Positions 37,501 through 45,576 of a DNA stretch of 64,000 nt are shown here, one piece after another. Both the position numbers and the translations under genes were made by a program. The stretch spans positions 109,890 through 173,889 of the forward strand of contig CAKVOD010000003.1 of NCBI GenBank assembly GCA_934778205.1, read 5' to 3'. This DNA comes from an uncultured Clostridia bacterium (GTDB lineage Bacteria > Bacillota > Clostridia > Christensenellales > UBA1242). Below the pieces are notes generated by a model that did no database searches, was not told where the DNA came from, and saw only the letters and a list, made by a program, of their open reading frames with translations. Position 1 is the first letter of the stretch. Each line of letters starts with the position of its first letter.

Positions 37501-40500
37501 AACTAGGTCGATAATGTCACTTATTTCATTGAATCCAAACTTGTATTTTAGTCCGCTGATTTCAAGATATACAATATTATCTATCATAGTTGCTGAAACT
37601 TTTTGATTGAACAAAATCGTATTCAATTGAATGCCAAAACTATTGATGACATAGTCAATTGTGAGTTCACCCACAAGTTTTTCAATTTGTGGCGCAGAAA
37701 CCGTCATTGTTCCAAACATTCCTGACAAATACCCATCGATAAACGGCTCAATGAATGGCAAGAACGTGATTATGTCAAAGTATCCGCTCGTGCTTGTGTC
37801 AATGTCGCAAGGTGCATTTGCAAATTTTGCTACGATGCTTGCATAGTCATTGATTGAAACGCTTGCGCCATTTAATGTGTTATTTTTGCAATCGGCAACA
37901 ACATTAATTTCGCCACTTGCAAGTCTGTTTAGGTCAATACCAAATTTTGTTAGGTCGATGCCAGCAAAATCGAGTCCAAAGTCTTTCAAGTCAAAGTTTG
38001 AAACCCTTGCAGTTATTTTTTCGCCGTCATACCCTAAGCGCAACTTTTTCAAATACTTTTCAACAAGTGCTTTATCAAATGTTACATTGATTTGTGGCGC
38101 GTTTGTTTGGCTGTCGCCCATTGCCCTATTGATAAGTGCAACGACTTTGTCAATGTCGTTTAGACTAAACTTGATTTTCATTCCGTCAAAGTTTGCATAT
38201 ACAACATTTTCAAGCAATTTCACGTCAAGATTTTTGCCGAGAATTTGCGCCGAAACTTGCGCTTGCAAGCCCGCTTCGCTATAATTTACAAGCCCACTAA
38301 TTGAGTATTCGCCTACATTGAAATTAATTTCAGCAAAAATTTGCTTTTGAGATGTGATATTAATAATGTTTTTGATGAGTTCGACAAGGTTTTCTGCTTT
38401 GACATAGTTTTCGCTCAAAGCAACATCATTGTAGTTTTCGACTGCATTAAACGTTACATTTGCCCTTGCATAATTGCAAACAAGTGAAACATTTGAAATT
38501 AGGTCATCCTTTCTTGTTATGTCAAGAGAAATATTTTTTAGGTTTTTAATATTTTTAGCCCCAACTGACAAAGTATTGTTGTCATACCCTAATGTTAGAC
38601 TTGAAATTGCGCACTTTATGTAATCAATGATTTGTTGTTGTGAGATTTCCGCATTCATTTGGATTTTCCCAAAACTTTCGATTGTGGCACAAATATTAAT
38701 GTCTTGATATGAAACATATATTATGTTATCAACAAGCGCAACTGTGAGCGTATCTCCCAAAATTTCAGTGCTTGCATCAAACTTGATGTTTCCGCCATTG
38801 TAACTATAATTATAATTGATGACAAAGTGCAATTCTTCAGGCGTGATTCCGTCAATTGGCACAACTCCGTCCATAATTTGCAAGCCAATTTGCCCGCTGA
38901 CTGCGTTGCTCTTTATAGTCGCAATCGCGCTGTCAACTACATTCAAAATGTCGTTGATGTCAACAAACTCACACGCTGGTTTTGTGACAACGACTGTGTC
39001 CGTGTGCATCGACACTTCAAGACTCAAACTGTCAATGTTGATTTTGTCAATGTTCAAATCGTTGATTTCAATTTCAGCGCCCATTATGGTTTTTGCAAAA
39101 TTGAGTGTCAACCCGATTTTGCCAACTTGAATGCTTGCACTATTGCTTGAAACTTCAATTGTGTTGACAAAACTTAGGTCGCTGACATTTAGTGCGCTTG
39201 CAACTGTTTTCAAAATATCTACTACATTTTTAGCGCTGATATTTGGTGTTTGCGCGTCTATTTTGCCAAAGTTGTTTTCAATAAAAGCAATAATTTTGTC
39301 TAATTCATTGACATTTGCGCTAATTGCAAGTTCCCCTACTGTGACATAGATTGTGTTGTCAATGTATGTGACACTAATTGTAGTGCCGTATATAATAAGG
39401 CTTATATTCGCTTTAATGTTTCCGTCCGTGATTGAAATTTTGTAGTCAATATTTGCTTCAATTGCTTGATTGTTGACGTTTGCTTTCAAAATAGCAGTTC
39501 CGCTAAAATTGTTTGCCTTGATTGTATTCAAAATAGGCTCAACAACTGGCAACAATTGCATAATATCAACATATTCATCTTTATTTGTGACATCTATTCG
39601 ATTTTCATTTGCGACAAAGTCGATTGTAAACAATTCCGCGCCACTCTTTGTGAGTTTTGCGCCACTGAAATTGTCGTTTTCGATTTTAAATGAAACTTCA
39701 TAATCATCATACGTTGCGCTAAATTTTTCGCCTGTATATGCTAGGTATAACTTATTGATGATTCCAAATATTTTGTTGGTGTCAATTGTTATGTTTGGCA
39801 TTTGAGGCATTACCACATTGAGCGTTTTCAAAAGATCTTGAACTTTATCAATATCGCTGAGAGCAAACTTTATATTTGCGCCGAGTGCTGAAACATATAC
39901 AACATTATCGACAAACACAAAGTTTATTTTGTATTCGCCATATGTTGCAACCGCTGTTACTGCGATATTTTTGTCGACAATATTAATTTGACCGCTAACA
40001 CTTACGCCCTCATAGTTTGCCACGAAATTTGCAAAAATTCCGTCCTTTGCATAATTTGCAAAATTCTTTGCGACCTGAATAAGTTGCATCGCATCGATAT
40101 AGTCATCGGTTACAATTGTTTTTTGTGCAAACTCTTTATATTCAAATGTTGTTTCAATTGAATAATCTTTATATTCCGCAAATAGTTTTGCAATTTTCCC
40201 GTCGCGGAGTTCGATATTCGCGCCAAACTCGCCGTTGATTAATGCAAAAATATTGTCGTTTATTTCAATTGATGTGTTTGAAATGATACCTAGCGCTGTT
40301 TTTAGAACGATATATATTGTTTGTTTTTGTTCTTCAGTCAACTCAATTTTGAGAATTTGTTTGATGCTATTCAAGTTGATTTCATCAAAGTCGATATTCT
40401 TAAGATTATCAAGCGCATCATTTACATTGTCAAATTTGTTGTCAATTCCAAACTCAGTCATTAATGCTTTGAGCGTTTGCTCGCTAATTTTTATTTTGAT

Positions 40501-41973
40501 GCCTTGGTATGAAACATAAGCCACATTGTTTTGATATGTAAAATCAAAATCATTTTCGCCAACTTTAGTGTTCAAATTCAAGTAAATGTTCCCGAAATTA
40601 TATGCGTAATTTACATTCGCGCGTGCTACATACTCATTGACTTTGAGCGTTGCAACTGCGTTCACATCGTTTGATTTGAACGTCGCAAGCGTCGCGTTTG
40701 AAAGGTCGTCAACATTTGAAAGCGTTAAGTACTTGCCTGTTGGCTCGCTAATTGCAGGAATATTGGAGTAGTTGAAAGTGCACTCAACCGCATAGCCTTT
40801 ATACGAAACTCTTGCGCTTGCAATCTTTGAGTTTTCAGTTTGAACATTCAATTTAATGTCGTCATATTCAAATGACAAACCGCCGTTTTCATCGACTACG
40901 ATTTGATTTAAGAATTGGAGTGTAAGTTTTGAAAAATCAATAGTTTTCAATTTTTGAATGAGTGCACCGATTGCTTCTTGCTTCTCAATTTGTTCAAAAT
41001 CGAACTTTCCACCGACAAACTCCTTAAGTTTTGCAATGTCGCCCTTGTCACATTTAATACCAAGTGCACCGATGTTGGCGTATATAGCGTTTCCAAAGTA
41101 TTTAACTGCAAAATCGTTTTCAGCAATTGTTGTTTGCAAAAGCATATTTGTTTTGTCAAATGTAAGTTTGCTTTCAAGTCCCAAAACGTCGACTGTTGCC
41201 GTGAATGGGGTTTGAATAGTGTTCAATAGTGATGCCAAAACCGCAAATTGTTTTGATGCCTCAGCGTATGTGCTGTGGTCGTTTGGTTTTGTCAATCCCA
41301 GCATCTCATCTTTTGTTTCAAGCGCAACTTTAGGCTCGACCGTGAAATTGCCGAATGCGATTTTAGGGATATCTACACTTTTTATATCATACTCAGTGTC
41401 GGTTTTGATGATAATATCGCCGACAGGAGTGTTCATCTTCAATAGAATTTCCGTTTCGCCCTTTTCCTCGACAATATTTTGCATCAAACCCATTAGCGCA
41501 TTTATGTCAAGCAAACTTGAAATGTCGACTTCAGGCAAAACTCCCGAAAGTGCTGAGCCCACAATTTTGACAAGTCCGCCGATGTCGTCAGTTGTCGCTT
41601 GATATCTCGCACCCAAAAGGTCGACATAAATTTTCCCGTCGACAAACGCAAAACTGATTGCGAGACTTTCGCCGTCCCTTTCAATGTTCACATTGCCCGC
41701 AAGGTTAAAGGCGGAAAAACCACTCACTAAGTCCATTTGCAGATTGAGCGAAACATTCGCAAGTAATTCATCATTCTCTTTGAGAACAAATTCTCCGCCC
41801 GCCGTCAGTGCTTTAGCGTCCATAAGATTGCCGACAACCTTGTCAAACGCCGACTGCTCGGCTGGCTGTACTGCGCGCGATGGCGCTGTTTGGTCTGTGA
41901 ACAGAAAAACTCCACCCACACCCGACATCAACATAACAATGTATGTCAAAAAATATACTAAAAATTTTCTCAT
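32773..41973 (-). CDS. Giant (3066 aa) N-terminally membrane-anchored surface protein with ~11-12 diverged ~190-aa modules, then Listeria-Bacteroides-type repeats
   Basis: Longest ORF in the window. It has an RBS (AGGGGA) and an N-terminal hydrophobic helix (FLVYFLTYIVMLMSGVGGVFLF). A hallmark motif, (D/E/G)N(V/I)(V/I)Y(V/A)...G..(I/L)K(F/I).L.(D/E)ID(K)(V/I), recurs about every 190 residues. The C-terminal ~585 aa carry repeats ending Y(R/E)F.GW(Y/F)....F......MP......LYAKW. Confidence 0.9.
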   Translation of the reverse strand: MRKFLVYFLTYIVMLMSGVGGVFLFTDQTAPSRAVQPAEQSAFDKVVGNLMDAKALTAGGEFVLKENDELLANVSLNLQMDLVSGFSAFNLAGNVNIERDGESLAISFAFVDGKIYVDLLGARYQATTDDIGGLVKIVGSALSGVLPEVDISSLLDINALMGLMQNIVEEKGETEILLKMNTPVGDIIIKTDTEYDIKSVDIPKIAFGNFTVEPKVALETKDEMLGLTKPNDHSTYAEASKQFAVLASLLNTIQTPFTATVDVLGLESKLTFDKTNMLLQTTIAENDFAVKYFGNAIYANIGALGIKCDKGDIAKLKEFVGGKFDFEQIEKQEAIGALIQKLKTIDFSKLTLQFLNQIVVDENGGLSFEYDDIKLNVQTENSKIASARVSYKGYAVECTFNYSNIPAISEPTGKYLTLSNVDDLSNATLATFKSNDVNAVATLKVNEYVARANVNYAYNFGNIYLNLNTKVGENDFDFTYQNNVAYVSYQGIKIKISEQTLKALMTEFGIDNKFDNVNDALDNLKNIDFDEINLNSIKQILKIELTEEQKQTIYIVLKTALGIISNTSIEINDNIFALINGEFGANIELRDGKIAKLFAEYKDYSIETTFEYKEFAQKTIVTDDYIDAMQLIQVAKNFANYAKDGIFANFVANYEGVSVSGQINIVDKNIAVTAVATYGEYKINFVFVDNVVYVSALGANIKFALSDIDKVQDLLKTLNVVMPQMPNITIDTNKIFGIINKLYLAYTGEKFSATYDDYEVSFKIENDNFSGAKLTKSGAELFTIDFVANENRIDVTNKDEYVDIMQLLPVVEPILNTIKANNFSGTAILKANVNNQAIEANIDYKISITDGNIKANISLIIYGTTISVTYIDNTIYVTVGELAISANVNELDKIIAFIENNFGKIDAQTPNISAKNVVDILKTVASALNVSDLSFVNTIEVSSNSASIQVGKIGLTLNFAKTIMGAEIEINDLNIDKINIDSLSLEVSMHTDTVVVTKPACEFVDINDILNVVDSAIATIKSNAVSGQIGLQIMDGVVPIDGITPEELHFVINYNYSYNGGNIKFDASTEILGDTLTVALVDNIIYVSYQDINICATIESFGKIQMNAEISQQQIIDYIKCAISSLTLGYDNNTLSVGAKNIKNLKNISLDITRKDDLISNVSLVCNYARANVTFNAVENYNDVALSENYVKAENLVELIKNIINITSQKQIFAEINFNVGEYSISGLVNYSEAGLQAQVSAQILGKNLDVKLLENVVYANFDGMKIKFSLNDIDKVVALINRAMGDSQTNAPQINVTFDKALVEKYLKKLRLGYDGEKITARVSNFDLKDFGLDFAGIDLTKFGIDLNRLASGEINVVADCKNNTLNGASVSINDYASIVAKFANAPCDIDTSTSGYFDIITFLPFIEPFIDGYLSGMFGTMTVSAPQIEKLVGELTIDYVINSFGIQLNTILFNQKVSATMIDNIVYLEISGLKYKFGFNEISDIIDLVCREFCITIDKTSQNEISLDNIHFSDIIFELVNDKNLQITYKDLILQLSLENGFVASIEYDGIAVSLTQNIGKQAIVIENVDEFLPLSSVIEKASSIYSIVNNGKVAFTFDFTYDTMNFAGNASVDFKTFMRTQNIADLRVSATLVAFEKTIIIDLQNGVVYANIDGMKVQVALSEIDAILEWAEKEFGVTIDTNTNIDFDINTFIKSISQNGLDEINIETSLVNAVLSFANSNIQTISVVYGKISAKLEIVNNFEISNITVENYSKVTDILPVCSRILQVYRTKAIALDAQVSAKLLGYDQTLDASLSIDYNDKIKVDLVAEFKGLSVTIHVRGSTIYIDFANLKVQFVEKDLLQIVDFANRNFGANLVAPTESNVEGNMVVDFLNKNFNLGFELPYFGNIKTSTSDMSFDEVIDTIKKLDLSTFGTFALKQNVFDMNIASGNIRVDISKILNIVADFESVKANVSIVATSEAVKLAQINGQDYATIEELLNTIQCVIDTLNAQKYTVNASTQVYNGQTMRFDGSINASLDISNAQKLFHGNATLHGEKDIAVTLDFDGTYFYVNYSGLKLKIHKTNIKEIAGIILAVFGYDINDLGIFGDVDFGDMNFDNIKGAMPTLDFGDPFAMLKIVESINYSNGAVTICLDGKKISGNENAQTMTLNIGTTNGKLSHFDLNNIYTGVTSSEYFNLNIDFVNFEEVPAIEGNYFDISSISDLLKGVINTSELNDYHITATLDVKMTIIGINIDWHIPIDIQIKLVDKRPVIKALIGPMPSVEGVNNDVKFVVGDGINGIYKSQDRYINIYYVDENVYIHRTEHVAKVKGSRLYEKKTMVHYTTFLDDAMYYLQYMTGFTDSIMSAINESMEKAKNRQNPINMGNVLLDYNNNNGSYNVKLNLKEISNDDKLDSISISIKPSFVESAQKEYVTDISMQMVMPLAGGVNMNLESNNMKLVDIGKSLDLSSVYTYANSYAYEEGAEWTASENDWKCQKTVSYTMSFETNGGVAVSNITSAPSAKLNLPTYSNREVIDGNTKTTYRFDGWYTTPTFDDSTEFTSNKMPRHDTKLYAKWTAVDRVNMYTLTFVTNGGADVASINEYENYSIELPTYEDRVVITDTEKTTYRFVGWYTSETFDEGTKFEATSMPSQNLTLYAKWEVVSNYQKQTINFIYGDQIVRTISGFYGDEIVLSSLDNKEVSTATSYSLYEFDGWFKSNTYEIETLFESNSMPNESFDLYAKWDLIVSKQTLTLFDGETKVDTIMAVVGESITLPNYDTQVIDDLASHTRTIRTFVDWFTTQNFVDGTIFNASQMPENGAYLYAKWDEKVETIYSLKVINAGATIYDEVVVGGTVVEMSAFDAYNDSTLVYTSANFDENTKVDNFIVSADSTWYLRNKYSVKVSSQYTSSLTDSYSQTYELYEGSSVALPQYAMLSKDYGSYTSEYAFGGYKLRETTITTNASITPNGNCEYIAIWTETQWCTVTFDNTAWTKPSWWVSNGKKHSYSSVSNTNNTNKTRIKRGTDLLFSDYVATCSVTYGGPKYNFKTTGWANEVKNVYDGSYDSSSIKIDSNTTLKPVWKHS
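35393..41898 (-). repeat. Coding region for ~11 tandem, strongly diverged ~175-215-aa modules of unassigned family
   Basis: The hallmark segments are spaced about 190 aa apart: DGKIYVDLLGARYQ, GNAIYANIGALGIKCDKGDIAKL, NNVAYVSYQGIKIKISEQTLKAL, DNVVYVSALGANIKFALSDIDKV, DNTIYVTVGELAISANVNELDKI, DNIIYVSYQDINICATIESFGKI, ENVVYANFDGMKIKFSLNDIDKV, DNIVYLEISGLKYKFGFNEISDI, NGVVYANIDGMKVQVALSEIDAI, GSTIYIDFANLKVQFVEKDLLQI and GTYFYVNYSGLKLKIHKTNIKEI. Boundaries are approximate. Confidence 0.65.
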
Positions 41974-41992
41974 TATTTTCCCCTACTCTCAA

Positions 41993-42892
41993 TCACTTTG
42001 TGACTGGAATAACATTTTCTCTCCCATATTCAAAATCTTCTCTCAATATGCCTGTACAGCCCGCATTGACGCCCATATAGTTGACGGTATATTTTTCGTA
42101 TGTGTCAATTGAAATGAATCTAAACGATTCGTCAACAACACAAGTCAAGGTCACAGTTTCAAACGTAGGATAGTTTGGCAATTGCGAAATATTTTTCATT
42201 TGCTTGACGTAGTTCAATACGCCCAAAATTGCATCTAGTTCAATGACAATTTCATATGCCTTGCTACCATTCTCAAGCGTGATTGCTTTTGGAACTGCTG
42301 TTTTGTTCAAAACTGTTTTACTTGAAACAATGTATGGTATAAACGACGTTATCGGCACACCGTTGACTTCGTGAAAATCATTTAGCGCGCGGTCGCCCTT
42401 ATCTTTCCAATTGGCAGTCAGTTGCTCAGTTATTCCCGATGCTGTGTAATAGCGGAGCGAGTTTGCTCCATCGGTGTAGTAATCGCGCTCGCCTACACTC
42501 TTGATACCTTTACTGATACTCTCTTTGTAGTACTTCCCGTCCTCATACGCCTTTACACTCAAAACCAATTGGTCTTTTATCGTCTTTACTTTACCTGTTC
42601 CATATATATAGACGCTACCGTGCGTGAACAAACGCTGTTCTGCAATCTCAAAAACTTCATACGCCTTGAATGCGGACGGCGCTTTCCCTTCCGCGCGTTG
42701 AGAGAGTGCTTTTGCGTCGTCACGCAACTCCGCCTCTTTGTACTGCGAATAATCTACTTGTGGCGCTCCGATGAAAAAACCACCGACAAATATTCCGCTC
42801 AAAATGCCTGCGATTGACACAAAAATTAGTGCAATTATGCTTTTCTTTGTGAATTGAAAAGGTATTCTTTCCTTTGTTTTGTTTCTACTCAT
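41993..42892 (-). CDS. Hypothetical signal-anchored extracytoplasmic protein (299 aa), first gene of the giant-protein operon
   Basis: It has a basic N-terminus followed by a helix (IIALIFVSIAGILSGIFVGGFFIG), and the remainder is predicted to be outside the cell. Its stop lies 20 nt before the start of the giant ORF. No family recognised. Confidence 0.7.
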   Translation of the reverse strand: MSRNKTKERIPFQFTKKSIIALIFVSIAGILSGIFVGGFFIGAPQVDYSQYKEAELRDDAKALSQRAEGKAPSAFKAYEVFEIAEQRLFTHGSVYIYGTGKVKTIKDQLVLSVKAYEDGKYYKESISKGIKSVGERDYYTDGANSLRYYTASGITEQLTANWKDKGDRALNDFHEVNGVPITSFIPYIVSSKTVLNKTAVPKAITLENGSKAYEIVIELDAILGVLNYVKQMKNISQLPNYPTFETVTLTCVVDESFRFISIDTYEKYTVNYMGVNAGCTGILREDFEYGRENVIPVTK

Positions 42893-43007
42893 ATGTTGGG
42901 TTGCCCCTTTAATTTATTTTCCGCGACTTTCTTTCTTGCGGATAGATTTGTTTTTATATTGCTCCGCTGACTTGTAATCAGCAGGTGATGGTTGCTATAA
43001 AAAAAGC

Positions 43008-43031
43008 ATATATAATATTAATATTATATAT
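43008..43031. promoter_or_regulatory. Perfect 24-bp AT palindrome directly downstream of the operon promoter (operator or 5'-UTR hairpin candidate)
   Basis: ATATATAATATT|AATATTATATAT is perfectly self-complementary over 43008-43031. It starts about 12 nt downstream of the -10 box at 43043-43048. Confidence 0.5.
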
Positions 43032-43042
43032 ACTATTGAATA

Positions 43043-43071
43043 ATTATATAATTTTCTACAAATAAAGTCAA
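43043..43071 (-). promoter_or_regulatory. Consensus sigma-A promoter of the 299-aa + 3066-aa operon
   Basis: Minus strand TTGACT (reverse of 43066-43071), a 17-nt spacer, then TATAAT (reverse of 43043-43048). Confidence 0.7.
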
Positions 43072-43114
43072 TAACTTTTGGAATAATTACTAAAATTTGT
43101 GCATATAACTATAA

Positions 43115-44317
43115 TTATTTTTGTGGTTTCCTACGTTTTTTTGCGCCTTTGTGAACTATTTTATAAATCACGCCAGTCTTGATTTTGATGACACCAAACG
43201 GGCAAAGTTCTTGACAACAAAAACAGCGAATACATTTGTCATAGTCAATTTTGGCAATTCTTTTCCCGTTTTTGCCCTCGACCATTGAAATTGCTTTGAC
43301 AGGGCAATGCTCGGCGCACTTTCCACACCCACGACAAAGTTTGTGGTTGATTTTAGGGCGTTGCGTCATTATGTTATGTACAAATTTTTGCAAGCATTGT
43401 GGCACAAAATTTGCGTAAGGCTTTTCAACATTAGGTGTAATTTTTTCAAAGTCTTTGACAACAAATTTTTCGACATTTTCGCCCACGATTTCGACATTAT
43501 AATCATCAACAAAACCGCGTGCAAGCCCTTTCGTGATTGTTGGCATTTTGTCTAGGTCTGCATTGATAAGTTTGACACTGACGACATCTAACGCAAGGGC
43601 GTTGCTTGACGCCAAAATTGCCCCCACTTTTCGCGGTGAACCATTGCTTGGACCTTCCCCCTCCATTGCCAAAACGGCATCACAAACATTGAGGCAAAGT
43701 TTCGAGCCAAAATATTCGTGAATGTCGTACAAAAAGTCGCAAAAAGTATCAATTTCCCTATATTTTCCGTGCATTTCAACTTTTGTAAGCCCCGGAATTG
43801 CTCCAAACATATTTTTGACTGCGTTTGTAAAGCCCGCAAAAGCGTGCGTTTTCAACTTTGATGCATTTATAATGACGTCCGCATCGTATAGAGTTTGCAA
43901 AACATCGAACTTTTTGCCAACAACACCGTTCGGGTTGTCCACTGATACGAAATCAAAATTTTCATTCAGTTCAAACCCATATTCCCCCGCTATGTCCACA
44001 AGTCCACTTGCTTTGTAAATGCCGTTCATATATCCCGATGTGAAAGGCCCGCCCGCACTGTCGACAACGACGACATTTGCACCTACTTCTTTGCATAGCC
44101 TGCCTATTGCAGAAACAACCGTCGGGTGTGTCGTCGCGCACTTTTCAGGCGTCGCTTTCATTAGTAAGTTTGCCTTGATTGCAACGCGTTGCCCTGCTTT
44201 GACAAACTTTTCAATGCCCCCCAATTTGTCAATCGAACTTTTGACCGCCTCAAAAACCTTATCTTCATCATAATCATCGCACCCCACAAGCGAAACAATT
44301 TTTTCCATATACTCCAC
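43115..44317 (-). CDS. DUF362 domain protein with a C-terminal 2x[4Fe-4S] ferredoxin domain
   Basis: 400 aa. The N-terminal two-thirds resemble DUF362 (..VAIKANL......E...TTHP.VV.A......E.GA.V.V.DS). The C-terminus has CRGCGKCAEHCP and CIRCFCCQELCP cluster motifs. Confidence 0.75.
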   Translation of the reverse strand: MEYMEKIVSLVGCDDYDEDKVFEAVKSSIDKLGGIEKFVKAGQRVAIKANLLMKATPEKCATTHPTVVSAIGRLCKEVGANVVVVDSAGGPFTSGYMNGIYKASGLVDIAGEYGFELNENFDFVSVDNPNGVVGKKFDVLQTLYDADVIINASKLKTHAFAGFTNAVKNMFGAIPGLTKVEMHGKYREIDTFCDFLYDIHEYFGSKLCLNVCDAVLAMEGEGPSNGSPRKVGAILASSNALALDVVSVKLINADLDKMPTITKGLARGFVDDYNVEIVGENVEKFVVKDFEKITPNVEKPYANFVPQCLQKFVHNIMTQRPKINHKLCRGCGKCAEHCPVKAISMVEGKNGKRIAKIDYDKCIRCFCCQELCPFGVIKIKTGVIYKIVHKGAKKRRKPQK

Positions 44318-44373
44318 CTTTATATTAATTTTTATTGTTTGAAAACATAAATACTATGTTATCATTTTTTAAT

Positions 44374-44408
44374 AAAAAAATCAACCTAGTGAACCCACTA
44401 AATTGATT
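44374..44408 (-). terminator. Rho-independent terminator after the 326-aa surface-protein gene
   Basis: On the minus strand: AATCAA-TT-TAGTG-GGTT-CACTA-GG-TTGATT followed by T7, about 25 nt after the stop at 44435. Confidence 0.7.
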
Positions 44409-44434
44409 TAAGCAATTATTTGTTTTATTTAGAA

Positions 44435-45415
44435 CTAAATCACAATTACACTAGAGGACGCACCGCCACTAAACTTTAGTGTTATGTTTGCGTCGGTTTT
44501 AGAAACGGTGTAACTAAACTTATTTTTGTTTGCCGTGTCTTGCGTGCAATCTCCTGTGACGGTCATTGACCACATATATGGTTTGCTAACAAGTATTGAG
44601 TAGTTTTCGCCGACCGATTGCGTCAACACAATCTCCTTGCCACTTGTCGCGACTATTTGGCTCTGAACCATGTCACCATTTATTAGATACAATATTACAC
44701 CATTGCCACTTGCGCCTGTGACTGTAATATTGATTGTTATTACGCTTTGTACTTTTGTCCATTTGCCATAAAGAGGAATCGTATCATCATACCCCGTCGT
44801 ATCAAACGCTGCACTCAAACTTGATAACGCCGTGTCGCTGCAATCCGCTTTTGTGTACCAACCCTCAAACTTATATTTTGCTCGACTTGGCAAAACTAAT
44901 TGCGTTTCAGTACCTGTTGTGTACTCTTGTGGTGGCGTCGCCGACCAATCAGAATCAAGCATATCACTATTTATTAAGTCGCCCGTATAGTTATATGTAA
45001 TTGTGTAAGTCGTAGACGCAATCAATACAAGTTCAATATGAATCTGAATCCACGAATTCCCGTCAAATGTCTCACACCACACATGATCGGCATCATATTC
45101 TTTACCGTCATCCAAGTCTTTCCATTTGTATGTGTCTGTCACACCATTAAGCATAATAGTAAATGGTATGCGAACAGCCTCATTCATATAATATAAATAA
45201 TCTCCATTACTATCACTTCCTGAGCTTTGATAGTGAAATGAAATATATTCGGAATTAGTAGGACTCAAAACAATATTGTCTTTATATTTAAGTGCGCCGT
45301 AAATATAAACATTAGTTCCGCCTCCCACCGCTCTAATATTGCTGTCATAAAAGCGATAAGCAGGAATTAACAAAAAGAGCATATTAACAACAAAAAGCCA
45401 TACTAATACTAGCAT
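44435..45415 (-). CDS. Surface protein paralogue (326 aa as annotated): hydrophobic N-terminus, one Listeria-Bacteroides-type repeat, shared C-terminal domain; 5' end appears decayed
   Basis: The ORF starts directly at a hydrophobic helix (MLVLVWLFVVNMLFLLIPAY) with no RBS. It contains ...KYKFEGWYTKADCSDTAL...IPLYGKWT. The reading frame stays open 170 nt upstream of the ATG without a start codon. See the finding on the G12 tract. Confidence 0.6.
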   Translation of the reverse strand: MLVLVWLFVVNMLFLLIPAYRFYDSNIRAVGGGTNVYIYGALKYKDNIVLSPTNSEYISFHYQSSGSDSNGDYLYYMNEAVRIPFTIMLNGVTDTYKWKDLDDGKEYDADHVWCETFDGNSWIQIHIELVLIASTTYTITYNYTGDLINSDMLDSDWSATPPQEYTTGTETQLVLPSRAKYKFEGWYTKADCSDTALSSLSAAFDTTGYDDTIPLYGKWTKVQSVITINITVTGASGNGVILYLINGDMVQSQIVATSGKEIVLTQSVGENYSILVSKPYMWSMTVTGDCTQDTANKNKFSYTVSKTDANITLKFSGGASSSVIVI

Positions 45416-45576
45416 AGCGCGGGAAAGCGAATTTAATTTAGTTTTGTAACATATATTTTTGTTGCTTCTATTGTTTTTTGTCGAAGTGCAATTTTTGCCA
45501 CTTTGCAGAAATGTGCTAGTATCTTGCTGTTTTTGGCATGTACCATTATTATTTTGAGGGGTTATCAGGCAATTTT

